Origin: Vicinamibacteria bacterium
Lineage (GTDB): Bacteria > Acidobacteriota > Vicinamibacteria > Marinacidobacterales > Marinacidobacteraceae
Direction: 5' to 3'
Length of the DNA: 64,000 nt
Assembly (NCBI GenBank): GCA_964291235.2
Contig: OZ219816.1
Coordinates: forward strand, 2,016,001 to 2,080,000
The position numbers and the translations under genes are program-made. Position 1 is the first letter of the stretch; each line of letters begins with the position of its first letter. The notes under the pieces were generated by a model. It was not told where the DNA came from and searched no databases. It saw nothing but the letters and a program-made list of their open reading frames with translations. Below, piece by piece: positions 50,909 to 61,500 of this stretch.

Positions 50909-52381
50909 TCAGGAGGAGAAGAAGCGGGAGAGGCGGGCGGAGGGCGGAGCCGCGGTGGAACGCGAGACCACCACCAGGGCCACGGTGGAAACGGCCACGA
51001 TGGCAGCCGCCGGTTCCACGCCGCTCCCCGCGATCGTCCAGCCGGGAGCCCCCCCGGAGGAGACGAAGAAGATGGTCCAGAGCAGGAGCCCGCTCAGAAT
51101 CCCCGCGGCGGCGCCGGCGCCGGTGCTCCGCTTCCAGTAGAGGGCGCCGACCAGAACCGGAAAGAACGCCGTGAAGCCCGAGAGGGCCCAGACTCCGAGA
51201 CTGAAGATCGTCTGGGTGGAGACGAGGCTCAGCACAAAGACCAGAACCAGAAAAGCAGCCACGAAGATCCGGCCGAGGAGCGCCTGGCGCCTCTGGCTCC
51301 ACATCGCGAAGCGCGGGACACGCGCCGCCGCGTTTCGGGTGAGCATGGTCCCCACAGCGAGCGTCTGGGAGTCGAGCGACGACATGATCGCGGCGAACAC
51401 CCCGGCGGCGAGCATGCCCGCCAGGACACTCCCGGCGTGCTCCCGGATCAGCAGGATGATGATCGGCCCCGTTGCGTCAACGGGAACGTCGAGCCGGCCC
51501 AGGGCGCCGAGCACCACCGAAGGGAACCACACGGCCGCGATGCACACCGGATACAAGAGCACCGGCATGCGGAAGGCTTCCGCGCTCCGCGCCGACATCC
51601 AGTGGCTGAAGATGTGCGGGAAACACGAAGTGGAGAGCGGAACGAACAGATACGTCGCAATCTGAATCCAGTCCCGGGGGGAGCGCGCCAGCTCCAGGAG
51701 TTCCGGCGACTGCTCGCCGAGACGGGCCATCGCCGGAACGAAACCACCCATGCCTCCGGTAATTACGACTAAGGCGAGCCCGCTGACCCCGATAAAGACC
51801 AGCGTCTGGAAGGTATTCACGAGCGCGGTGCTCCGCATGCCGCCGAGGACCACGTAGATCAAGACCACCAGGCACATCACCAGGCTGCCGGCCCACGGCG
51901 GGATCGCCGCATCCGTACCCGCGATCGCGGCGAGCGCATCTCCTCCGCCCTTGACTCCGATCAGCACGTACGGGACGAGCCAGAGCAGCGCGGCTCCGAG
52001 CACCAGCAGCCCGAGCGCCGGCGACTCGTAGCGATCCTCGAAGAACTCGGCCTGGGTGGCGTACCCGTGGCGCTTGCCGAGGCGCCAGAGAGGGACTCCG
52101 ATGAGGAGGAAGGTCATCGGAATGACGATCGCGGAACTCGTCGCCATCAGGGCAAACACCCGGATCCCCTGCCGGTACGCCTCTCCGGAGGCCCCGAGGA
52201 TGGTGAAGGCCGTCATGTTCGTTCCGAAGAGCGTCATCAGCAGAACGAACGGCCCGATCGAACGGCCGGCGAGGAAGTACCCCTCGCCGGCCCGGTCCGG
52301 GCCCGTGCCCCTGCCGAACCGCGCCATCAACCCGACCCCGATGACCGCGGCCAGGTACAGGGCGACGACCCCGACCGTCAT
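50909..52381 (-). CDS. Sodium:solute symporter family transporter
   Basis: YFLAGRSIG, GGMRSTA, FAAIMSSLDSQ; about 13 TM segments. Confidence 0.92.
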   Translation of the reverse strand: MTVGVVALYLAAVIGVGLMARFGRGTGPDRAGEGYFLAGRSIGPFVLLMTLFGTNMTAFTILGASGEAYRQGIRVFALMATSSAIVIPMTFLLIGVPLWRLGKRHGYATQAEFFEDRYESPALGLLVLGAALLWLVPYVLIGVKGGGDALAAIAGTDAAIPPWAGSLVMCLVVLIYVVLGGMRSTALVNTFQTLVFIGVSGLALVVITGGMGGFVPAMARLGEQSPELLELARSPRDWIQIATYLFVPLSTSCFPHIFSHWMSARSAEAFRMPVLLYPVCIAAVWFPSVVLGALGRLDVPVDATGPIIILLIREHAGSVLAGMLAAGVFAAIMSSLDSQTLAVGTMLTRNAAARVPRFAMWSQRRQALLGRIFVAAFLVLVFVLSLVSTQTIFSLGVWALSGFTAFFPVLVGALYWKRSTGAGAAAGILSGLLLWTIFFVSSGGAPGWTIAGSGVEPAAAIVAVSTVALVVVSRSTAAPPSARLSRFFSS

Positions 52382-52617
52382 GGCGTCTTCTTGCCGCTGC
52401 TACCGGAGGCGGAGGGGTCGGGGGCGCCAGCAGGGGTGGGCAAGAGCGTCCGCACCGCGAGCCAGAGATTGAGCGTGGAGAGTCCGACGACGCCGATCTC
52501 GAGGACAAGCCCGAACGGCGTCCCCAGGAGACGCGGCTCCGCCGGAGCGAGCGCCACCAGCAGGTGCGTAAGGACGAGCGCCGCTCCCGCGGCGATCAGC
52601 CAGTTGCGGCGCCGCAA
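52378..52617 (-). CDS. Small two-TM membrane protein, probable SSS accessory subunit
   Basis: Two hydrophobic helices around LLGTPFG; stop overlaps the symporter ATG; start uncertain. Confidence 0.55.
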   Translation of the reverse strand: MRRRNWLIAAGAALVLTHLLVALAPAEPRLLGTPFGLVLEIGVVGLSTLNLWLAVRTLLPTPAGAPDPSASGSSGKKTP

Positions 52618-52624
52618 TTTGCGG

Positions 52625-53788
52625 TTAGCGAGCTCTGAGTTCGTGCGTCCGCCTGAAGTTGAACCGGATGCCCACGAGGCCGGAGAAGTTGTCCTGGGGC
52701 GCGCTGATGTGTCTCGCGAAGAGCCGGAATTCCGCAAATGCCTGCATCTGCCCGGCACCGGTGTAGTTGGGCAGATTGAAGCCCGCCGTTCCGAACACGC
52801 CGCCGTCCAGAATCTCCGAGTCTCCGATGCCCCAGGCGCCGGCGCCCAGTCCGAAGAACCCTCCCGGGGTCTGCCGGGTCACGATCACATCGAGTGTCGA
52901 TCCGAGCCAGAAGTTGTGGGCGAATCCGCCGCCGGCCCGGATCGAAAACGCGTTGGTGCGGTCGGCCGTCGCATCGTGCGGCACCGTGAGGCCCAATCCG
53001 GCGCCACTCAGCCAGGAGGCCTCCGGGGTCGGGACGATGTCGGTCCGCTCACTCTTGTAGGTTCCGGTCGCGAAGTCGGCAATCGGCCAGAAACGCGGAT
53101 GCAGCGCATCCACGCCCAGATCCGCGCTGCTGCAGGTGGCGGTGACTCCCCGATCGTCGGCGATCGTCACACTGGCCTCATAGACGCCACCCCCCGGCAG
53201 GACGAAGCGGCGCTCACATTGGTCGCTGGCGTCGAGAGTCGAAATCTGTACCCCGTCCTGCAGAACCGTGATGTAACGGGTGGCAATCCCGCCGGTCACG
53301 GCGCTGGCGTCACAGCTGCTCACGACAAACTCGGCCGCCAGATAGTGGGTTGCCTCCTCCGGACCGCTGACGGTGAGGGAACAGGTCGGCGTGCCGGCCT
53401 CGAGCGAAACGGTGGCGCTCGCCGACTGCGGCGCCCCGGCTCCGCTCACCGTGGCCTCGGCCCGCCAGGTACCGGCGTCCCTGAGTTGCCCGGTCCACGA
53501 GAACCGCCTTCCGTCGCGGTCCATCGAGAGGTTCTCGCTCCCTCCCGAAGGGGAGGTCAGGGTCACGTTGAGGCGCGCTCCCTCTTCGAGCCGAACATCC
53601 ACGGTAATCCGCGCCGCGGAAAACGAGTATTCGCCCGACGCCACGAAGTGGATCACCGGTGGATCCTGCAGCGACTGCGGAGCGGACCTGCTGGCGGCCC
53701 CCGGGGCGGCAGCGAGGAGTGCCAGGGCGAGAGTCCAGGCGAAAGACCTCGCCGGACGAAATGCGAAACGGTGCGCGAGATGGATCAT
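52625..53788 (-). CDS. Secreted protein with Ig/PKD-like domains and a C-terminal outer-membrane beta-barrel-like region
   Basis: Signal peptide, GVYEASVTIADDRG, alternating beta-strands ending GIRFNF; AAGGGA RBS. Confidence 0.6.
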   Translation of the reverse strand: MIHLAHRFAFRPARSFAWTLALALLAAAPGAASRSAPQSLQDPPVIHFVASGEYSFSAARITVDVRLEEGARLNVTLTSPSGGSENLSMDRDGRRFSWTGQLRDAGTWRAEATVSGAGAPQSASATVSLEAGTPTCSLTVSGPEEATHYLAAEFVVSSCDASAVTGGIATRYITVLQDGVQISTLDASDQCERRFVLPGGGVYEASVTIADDRGVTATCSSADLGVDALHPRFWPIADFATGTYKSERTDIVPTPEASWLSGAGLGLTVPHDATADRTNAFSIRAGGGFAHNFWLGSTLDVIVTRQTPGGFFGLGAGAWGIGDSEILDGGVFGTAGFNLPNYTGAGQMQAFAEFRLFARHISAPQDNFSGLVGIRFNFRRTHELRAR

Positions 53789-54103
53789 GGTGTCCCTTCG
53801 CCTCCTCGGTCTGCGCGGCGGCGGCGCAGCGACTTGGCGGTGAGTTGCACAGGAACCGCCGGTTCTGGAAACCAGCTTCCGAAACCGCCGGACAGCCCGA
53901 CGGAGCTAAAGCAAGACTTGAACTTCATTGTACGGGGCGGCTTGAAGCCGGGTCCAAAACGGTTCCAGACGAAGAGCGTTCCCTTGAACCGATCTGAGCA
54001 CACCCAACCGCAAAGCTCGGGCGGAAGCTTACTTTCCCCCCGGCGAATCCTCCACCTTTAGCCGGTACCGGGAGGAGGCGCACTGATAGAGTCTCCGGTC
54101 GGT

Positions 54104-55240
54104 TTGAGCTCGGAACCGGCTACCCAGCCCGCGCGAGGCGGGCAGCGGCTTTATCTGGAGGACGGTGCCGGTTTTACCGGCGTCTCTTTCGGTGCCGCCC
54201 TCGATCATCCAGTCGCGGGGGAAGTTGTGTTCAACACCGGGATGGCGGGGTACATAGAGACCCTGACGGACCCGTCGTATCGAGGACAGATCCTGGTTCT
54301 GACGTATCCGCTCCAAGGGAACTACGGCGTCCCGCCGGCGCGCCCGGACGGTTCCATTGCCGGTCCTTTCGAGTCCGGCCGGATTCAGGTCCAGGGGTTG
54401 GTCGTCCAGCATCACGAACCTCACTACAGCCATCACGCGGGAGCCCGGTCCCTCGGCGCCTGGCTCGCCGCGGAAGGGGTGCCGGGGATTCAGGGCGTGG
54501 ACACCCGCGCGCTCACCATGCGGCTACGGGAGGTCGGGACGATGCGCGGCGTGCTCTGCGACGCCGGCATGGAGGCGTCCGACGCCGTGGAGCAGGCTTC
54601 GGCGGTCGAAATGCATCGCCAGGTCTTCGAGCAGGTGGTGCCGCAGGCGCCAGCCCACTACGGCCCGGAGGACGGACCGGAAGTGCTGCTGGTGGACGTG
54701 GGCGCCAAGGACAACATCGTGCGCTCGCTCATCGCGCGGGGCGCCCGGGTTCATCGCGTATCCGGCCTCGCGCCGTTCGCCGGCGCCGCGCGATCCGCCG
54801 CCGGGATCGTCCTCGGGAACGGCCCCGGCGACCCGGGAGACCTGCAGGATCTCGCCCGGGAACTGCGCACGGTGATGGAGTGGTTCCCCGGTCCGATCTT
54901 AGGCGTCTGCCTCGGCAATCAGTTGCTCGCCATGGCCGCGGGAGCGCGGACCTTCAAGCTGCCCTACGGGCACCGCAGCGTGAACCAGCCGGTTCGGGAT
55001 CTCGTCAGCGGCCGCTCTTTCATCACGAGCCAGAACCACGGATACGCGGTGGACGAAGCGAGTCTGCCCGACGGTTGGGTCCCGTGGTTCGAAAACCTCA
55101 ACGACGGCACGAACGAGGGAATCCGGTCGCTCGGGCGGCCGTTCCGCAGCATCCAGTTCCATCCCGAAGCCCACCCCGGCCCCGAGGACACGGCCTACCT
55201 CTTCGACGATTTCCTGCAGGAGTGCAAGAGCAGCCCGTGA
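54104..55240 (+). CDS. carA: Carbamoyl-phosphate synthase small subunit
   Basis: GEVVFNTGM, LTDPSY, NGPGDP, GVCLG, TSQNHG, QFHPEA. Confidence 0.96.
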   Translation: MSSEPATQPARGGQRLYLEDGAGFTGVSFGAALDHPVAGEVVFNTGMAGYIETLTDPSYRGQILVLTYPLQGNYGVPPARPDGSIAGPFESGRIQVQGLVVQHHEPHYSHHAGARSLGAWLAAEGVPGIQGVDTRALTMRLREVGTMRGVLCDAGMEASDAVEQASAVEMHRQVFEQVVPQAPAHYGPEDGPEVLLVDVGAKDNIVRSLIARGARVHRVSGLAPFAGAARSAAGIVLGNGPGDPGDLQDLARELRTVMEWFPGPILGVCLGNQLLAMAAGARTFKLPYGHRSVNQPVRDLVSGRSFITSQNHGYAVDEASLPDGWVPWFENLNDGTNEGIRSLGRPFRSIQFHPEAHPGPEDTAYLFDDFLQECKSSP

Positions 55241-58200
55241 CCACGGCGTCCGCGAAGCCACGCTCCGTCATCGTCCTGGGATCGGGGGCGCTCCAGATCG
55301 GCCAGGCCGGCGAGTTCGACTATTCCGGATCGCAGGCGATCAAGGCGTTGAGCGAAGAGGGCGTCCGCACCGTCCTCGTGAACCCGAACATCGCCACCAT
55401 CCAGACCAGCGAGGGAATGGCGGATCGCCTGTACCTGAACGCGGTCACGCCGCGCCTGGTCCGGCAGGTTGCCGAAGCGGAAGGCGTCGACGGGGTGGCG
55501 CTCTCGTTCGGAGGGCAGACCGCGCTGAACTGCGGGCTGGAACTCGAGGACTGGTTCCGGGCCGCCGGAATCCAGGTGCTGGGCACCCCGGTCAGCAGCA
55601 TTCGGGACACCGAGGATCGGGGCCGGTTCAACGCGCGGCTCGCCGAAATCGGGGTGCTCACGGCCAGGAGCATCGTCTGTCACGGCCGCGCCGAAGCCCG
55701 GGAAGCCGCGGCGGCGATCGGGCTGCCCCTGATGCTGCGGATCGGATTCGCCCTCGGTGGCAAGGGCAGCGCCATCGTGGAGACCGAAGCGGAGCTTGAG
55801 GCGGCGCTCACGAACATCTTCGGAGCCCACGACACGAAACAGGCCCAGGTGCTGGTCGAGGAATCCCTCCGCGGCTGGAAAGAAATCGAGTACGAGGTGG
55901 TCCGCGACCGCGACAACAACTGCATCACGGTCTGCAACATGGAGAACCTGGACCCGATGGGGATCCATACCGGGGAATCGCTCGTGGTGGCGCCCTCGCA
56001 GACCCTGAACGATGAGGAGTACCAACTCCTCCGCACGGTTTCCATCCGGACCATCCAGCACCTCGGGATCGTGGGCGAATGCAATGTGCAGTTCGCCCTG
56101 AGTCCCACGGGGGCCGACTACCGGGTTATCGAAGTGAACGCCCGGCTTTCCCGTTCCTCGGCACTCGCCAGCAAGGCGACCGGCTATCCCCTCGCCTACG
56201 TCGCCGCAAAACTCGGGCTCGGGTTCACCCTTCCCGACCTGAAAAACGCCATCACCGGAGTCACGAAAGCGTTCTTCGAGCCTGCGCTTGACTACCTGGT
56301 GCTGAAGGCGCCGCGCTGGGACCTCGGCAAGTTCCAGGAGGCCGGCACCCGCATCGGCAGCGAGATGAAGAGCGTCGGGGAGGTCATGGCCATCGGGCGC
56401 ACCTTCCCCGAGGTGCTCCAGAAGGCGCTGCGCATGCTCGACATCGGCGTCCGGGGACTCGATTCCCACGCCTTCGACTTCGAAGATCGCCAGGATGAAC
56501 TCGTCAACGCGACGCCGCGCCGGATCTTCGCTCTTGCCCAGGCCCTGAGGGAGGCCGTGGATGCGGGAACGGTGGGAGAGGCGGTTACCGAAATCCACGA
56601 TCTGACCAGGATCGATCCCTGGTTCCTCTACGGCATCGCCGAGGTGATGCAAACGGAGGCCGATGTCGAACGCGGCGGCTGGCCAATTCCGGAGGCGACG
56701 CTCAGGAAGGCCAAGGAACAGGGGTTTTCCGACGAATCGCTCGAGTTCCTCACCCGAAGGGAACGGGGCGCGGCGCGCGCCGCCCGCCAGGACGCCGGCA
56801 TCGGCCCCCACATCGCCCGCATCGACACCCTGGCCGCCGAGTTCCCCGCGGAGACCAACTACCTCTACTCCACCTACCACGCCAGCAGCGACGAGGGCGT
56901 GGGGCTCCCGGCCGGGGACCGCCGCCGAATCCTGGTGATCGGCTCCGGGGTCTATCGGATCGGCTCCTCGGTGGAGTTCGACTGGTGCTGTGTCAACGCC
57001 GTCCAGGCCGCCGCGGAACTCGACTGCGAGACCCTCATGCTCAACTACAACCCGGAGACGGTGAGCACTGATTACGACATCTGCGACAAGCTCGTTTTCG
57101 ACGAGGTGAGCGTGGAGTCGGTTCTCGATCTCGTGGAAAAGGAGCGGCCGGACGGGGTGGTGGTGAGCATGGGCGGCCAGATTCCGAACCGCCTGGCGAT
57201 GCGGCTGCACGACGCCGGCGTTCCGATTCTGGGCACCTCGGCGGAGGACATCGACCGGGCCGAGGACCGCAACAAATTCAGTGCGCTACTGGACCGGATC
57301 GGAGTGGATCAGCCGCGCTGGGCCCACGTCACCGACGTGGCCGACGCGGAACGCATCGTGGAACAACTGGGCGGCTTCCCGGTGCTCGTTCGTCCGAGCT
57401 ACGTGCTGAGCGGCGCCGCGATGTCCGTCGCGCACGAACACCACGAGCTCACGCGGATCCTGCGCAAGGCGAAGGCGATTTCCCCCGAGCACCCGGTCGT
57501 CATTTCCAAGTTCGAGGAGGACGCCCGCGAGATCGAGATCGACCTGGTCGCCAAGCAGGGCGAGGTCGTGCTCTGGGCGGTCAGCGAGCACGTGGAGGAC
57601 GCCGGCGTCCACAGCGGCGACGCCACCCTCGTCCTGCCGCCCGTGGACATGACCATTCCGACGCTGGGCCAGGTGCGGCGCATCGCGCAGCAAATCGCCG
57701 GCGAACTGCGGGTTACCGGCCCGTGCAACATTCAGTTGCTCCACCGCGACGGGATCGTGAAGGTGATCGAGTGCAATCTGCGGGCATCGCGGAGCCTGCC
57801 GTTCGTCTCCAAGGTGACCGGCCGCAACTACGCGAAGGCAGCCACTCGCATCATGCTGGGCGCGGATCCGGGGATGGATCACCGGCCGCTCTACGAGCTT
57901 GAGCACGTCGGCGTCAAGGTGCCGCAATTCTCGTTCTCGCGGCTCATGGGCGCCGATCCCCTGCTGGGCGTGGAGATGGCCAGTACCGGCGAAGTCGGAT
58001 GCCTCGGCGATTCCTTCCACGAGGCGCTCCTGCACGGCCTGGTTGCCACCGGCTTCCAGCGCCCGAAGAAAGGGGTCCTGCTGTCGCTCGGCCCGCTTCG
58101 TTGGAAACACCGGTTCGTCCGCACCGCCCGGACGATGGCGGAGGAACTCGGTCTCAAGATCTATGCAACCTCCGGGACCTGCCGCGTGCTCCTCGAGAAC

Positions 58201-58521
58201 GGCATCGAAGTCACGGAAGTGGCGCGGGTGGCCACGCAGCAGCGTCCCCTGGGGGAAGGCTTCGACCAGCCAGGCCCGCTCAGCGCTCTCGATCTCATCG
58301 ACCGCGGGGAAGTGGACTTCGTGGTGAACGTCCCCGTCGCCTTCGACCCCGAGGGCCGCCCGGACGGTTACCTGGTGCGCCGGCGCGCGGTGGACCGCGG
58401 AGTCCCGCTGATCACGGACCCCTCACTGGCCCGCCACGTGGTCACCGCCCTCGTGGCGCATGAGGAAAACACCCTCCGCGCCCGCGCCTGGAACGACTTT
58501 CTGGAGCCGCCGAGCAGATAG
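55237..58521 (+). CDS. carB: Carbamoyl-phosphate synthase large subunit
   Basis: IGQAGEFDYSG, GIHTGES, SRSSALASKATG, NYNPETVSTDYD, VRPSYVL, GVHSGDA; GTGA overlap with carA stop. Confidence 0.97.
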   Translation: MTTASAKPRSVIVLGSGALQIGQAGEFDYSGSQAIKALSEEGVRTVLVNPNIATIQTSEGMADRLYLNAVTPRLVRQVAEAEGVDGVALSFGGQTALNCGLELEDWFRAAGIQVLGTPVSSIRDTEDRGRFNARLAEIGVLTARSIVCHGRAEAREAAAAIGLPLMLRIGFALGGKGSAIVETEAELEAALTNIFGAHDTKQAQVLVEESLRGWKEIEYEVVRDRDNNCITVCNMENLDPMGIHTGESLVVAPSQTLNDEEYQLLRTVSIRTIQHLGIVGECNVQFALSPTGADYRVIEVNARLSRSSALASKATGYPLAYVAAKLGLGFTLPDLKNAITGVTKAFFEPALDYLVLKAPRWDLGKFQEAGTRIGSEMKSVGEVMAIGRTFPEVLQKALRMLDIGVRGLDSHAFDFEDRQDELVNATPRRIFALAQALREAVDAGTVGEAVTEIHDLTRIDPWFLYGIAEVMQTEADVERGGWPIPEATLRKAKEQGFSDESLEFLTRRERGAARAARQDAGIGPHIARIDTLAAEFPAETNYLYSTYHASSDEGVGLPAGDRRRILVIGSGVYRIGSSVEFDWCCVNAVQAAAELDCETLMLNYNPETVSTDYDICDKLVFDEVSVESVLDLVEKERPDGVVVSMGGQIPNRLAMRLHDAGVPILGTSAEDIDRAEDRNKFSALLDRIGVDQPRWAHVTDVADAERIVEQLGGFPVLVRPSYVLSGAAMSVAHEHHELTRILRKAKAISPEHPVVISKFEEDAREIEIDLVAKQGEVVLWAVSEHVEDAGVHSGDATLVLPPVDMTIPTLGQVRRIAQQIAGELRVTGPCNIQLLHRDGIVKVIECNLRASRSLPFVSKVTGRNYAKAATRIMLGADPGMDHRPLYELEHVGVKVPQFSFSRLMGADPLLGVEMASTGEVGCLGDSFHEALLHGLVATGFQRPKKGVLLSLGPLRWKHRFVRTARTMAEELGLKIYATSGTCRVLLENGIEVTEVARVATQQRPLGEGFDQPGPLSALDLIDRGEVDFVVNVPVAFDPEGRPDGYLVRRRAVDRGVPLITDPSLARHVVTALVAHEENTLRARAWNDFLEPPSR

Positions 58522-58534
58522 CGTCGCCAGTCCG

Positions 58535-61500
58535 ATGGCAGGTAGCGACCGCTTCGTCACGGAATGGGATGGGACGCCAAGCTTTTGGAATTACCTTCTT
58601 GGTCTCGACCGGGCTGATCTCGTTGCCGAGTTGGTCCAGAATGATCTAGATCAGGAAGCGACTCTCACTGTCCTCTCTTTCGAGAGAGATCGGCTGGTTT
58701 GCGAGGGTGACGGCAGGCCGGTCGAAGCCGATGGTTGGCAGCGGTTGCGGAAAATGCAGGGCGCGGGCGACAGCGTCCCTGCCAAGCGGCGGAAGATCGG
58801 AGTCAAAAACCACGGACTCAAGACGGCATTCACCATCGGTGATGAGTTGGAACTTAGCTCTGCAGGACAGCGGATTGTACAGACGCTCTATGCAAATGGG
58901 CGAGACAAGCCCCCATATCCTGGGGCATCACCTGAGCCGCGTTCGGACCCGCATGCTCCGACCGACGGTTGCCGCGTCACCGTCTGGTATCGCACCACTG
59001 ACCTCGAACCGCTTCAGGGGGAAGCCAGCGTGTTCGGGGCATTCGGTAAGCGTCAAATCGACGATTTGTTCGTGTCCGCTTGCACCTCGGCGCCAGCACA
59101 ATTTGCCGGCATCGCCGTGCCAGAGGTGGCACCACGCTACGAGATCGTGCTGCGGCACTGGCGGCTCGGGGAAGCCCGCTTCTCCTTCTCGTGCACGCGG
59201 CCACGGAAGATCGCTCAGCGTATTGAACTTTTTCGGCGTGCCTGTGCCGTCAGCGGGACCGCGACCGATTTACCGGAGGGCCTCAATGAACAAGCCGCTC
59301 GTCGCCTAGTTCCGGCGAAACGTCGCCTCAGCGAGCGAGTGCCCGACTTCTTCCGGCGTGACAAGCGTTTCTTTGTCGAAGTTGCTTGGCCAATAGACCG
59401 GCGTGGCAAACCTCTCCTAGGCGTCGGCCGATACCGCTATCCCATCGGATACCCGAGGGGTTCAGCCGAAGCACTTACTGGGCATGGTGCGCATATCAGT
59501 GCACCATTGGTGTCGGACAACGCGCGCCGTGGTCTGGCCAAGAATGAGGCAACGAACGTCGAACTTCTCGGCGCGTGCGAGTCGCTTCTGACGGACGCAA
59601 TCGCACACTATGCCGTCCCCGCTTGGGGACCACGCGGTCTAGACCCTCTGGTGCCGACTTCTGACGCCGACATCACTCGCGCAAGTGTCCGACACATCCT
59701 AGCGGCTCTTACCAAGCGGAACGCTATGCCCGTCCTGAGTTGGCGGAACGCTGCACAGTTACTGTGGAAACGTAGGAAACAGCAAGTGCGGGAGGCAGAG
59801 CGGCGAATCAGACTCTCAACGAATTCGAAGCGGACACCGGGGTACCGCTTCGTGGTACCGGCTGCGACTTGGACGTCCGGAAAGATCCATCCGGCTCTCT
59901 CGCTGCTCTGCCCATCGTCGGAAAAACAGCTCGATCCTCGTGTTTCCTCAGAACTCATTCGTCTCCTGGAGGATCAAGAAACCTCGGGCTTTAGTGAGGA
60001 GTTCGTCACTTTCGATGAGAACGATGTGATTGATCGCGTGACGGGCGATGGAAACGAGTGGTTCCCCGGTATCTCGAATCCAACGCGTGTCTTTGCTGAA
60101 CCATTGGTCGCCGGGGCACTACTCGATCTCACCGAGAAGGCGATCAACGAGAGAAAACGTGACCCCATAGACGCGGATGAGTTGATGGACAGCTTACTCC
60201 TCCCCGATCGTTTGGGGAGGGCAACGTCGTTTCGAGATTTGTATTCCAGTGCTCCCCTCCCACTCGACGTTCCCGGTCTGCGACTGCCGCGAGTTCTTCA
60301 CTCTGACCTGGTCAACCACTCGATCTTCAGGCACACAACGTGGCGTCTCCCAAAGTACACCATGGCCGAGTTCTTGGACAGTGGCACGCTCCAAACCGCC
60401 GACGAGAATACTCGCAGGAACTTCTGGAACTGGCTACACCACAACCATCGGCGGATCGGACGCCGTGAGCGACCCAAATTGGCTGATCTCGCCATTTGGC
60501 TCGATGTCAATGGGGTTCCGGGCAGAATCGCTGACCTTTGCGAGCCACGGTCGCGCTTAGTTGGGCGTACCCTCGGCGAGTCCATTCGCAGGCCGCATGA
60601 TCAGCTACGGCGCTCCAAACTGGTCTCCGCCCACAGCAGAGCGCGTGCGCGAATTCGACCCGTACCAACTCAAGACGAGATCACCGATTGGCTCACCACA
60701 TGGACGGCTCGATTCAGCGAAGGCAAAACAGCTGGCGCTGGGACAGCTCAGCGGCTACGTCGTTTCGAAGCTGGTCTCGCCACCCTGCTCAACGACGCCG
60801 CCATCACTCGCCTGCTGAGAAAGACCCAAGTCTCCTTGCCGGCTCTCGCCAAGGACGGTTCGATTCGGCCACGTGGTGCACTCCTCCTACCCACTCGCAG
60901 TAACAACCGCCTCGCGCTACCGCCCCGTTTCGTTCTCGAGGAGCAAAACCCCCGACACTCAGAAGCCGTTGCCCGACTTTCGGCATGCCAAAGTGAGGTG
61001 ACTCCCACGATGATTCTCAGCGCGTTCCGAGAAGATCCTCGCAACTGGTCCGCGCTGCAGGCGCGCTTACGCGATTTCCTCCGCGTCACGGAGAGTGGCG
61101 ACAACTGGCGGCTCGAACTCCGAGACACACCCTTTCTTCCGGTTGGTGAGCAGCCGCGCTCACCGTCCGAGTTGGCCTTTCGAGGCAACCGAGGCGACTA
61201 CTGGGGTGAATGGAAGACCGTCATTCCCATACGCGCCCTGTCCCAAGACGATCAGCGTCGTTACGTCGAGGCCGGCGTAACGTCGGGGCTACCCGACCCG
61301 AGCTCGAGCCGAGCCTTTTTTGAGTGGCTCTCTGCACAGGATTCGACCGCTCTTCGACGTCACATTCCGTGCGTGCTACGGCAGATTCTCCATCGAGACG
61401 GGCCAACGAAATGGGCCGAGTCCTTCTCGGATATGCCTTTCATCCCTGCGCGAGGCTACGGAGACAGGCTGGAGTTACTGTCGTTGCGCGCCGCGAAGCG

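Noticed and set aside
53789-54103. Possible PyrR attenuator or riboswitch upstream of carA
   Set aside because: Some pairing potential but no recognisable PyrR loop or U-rich terminator
54880-55236. N-terminal extension of CarB
   Set aside because: Overlaps carA out of frame; the GTGA coupling at 55237 is the natural start
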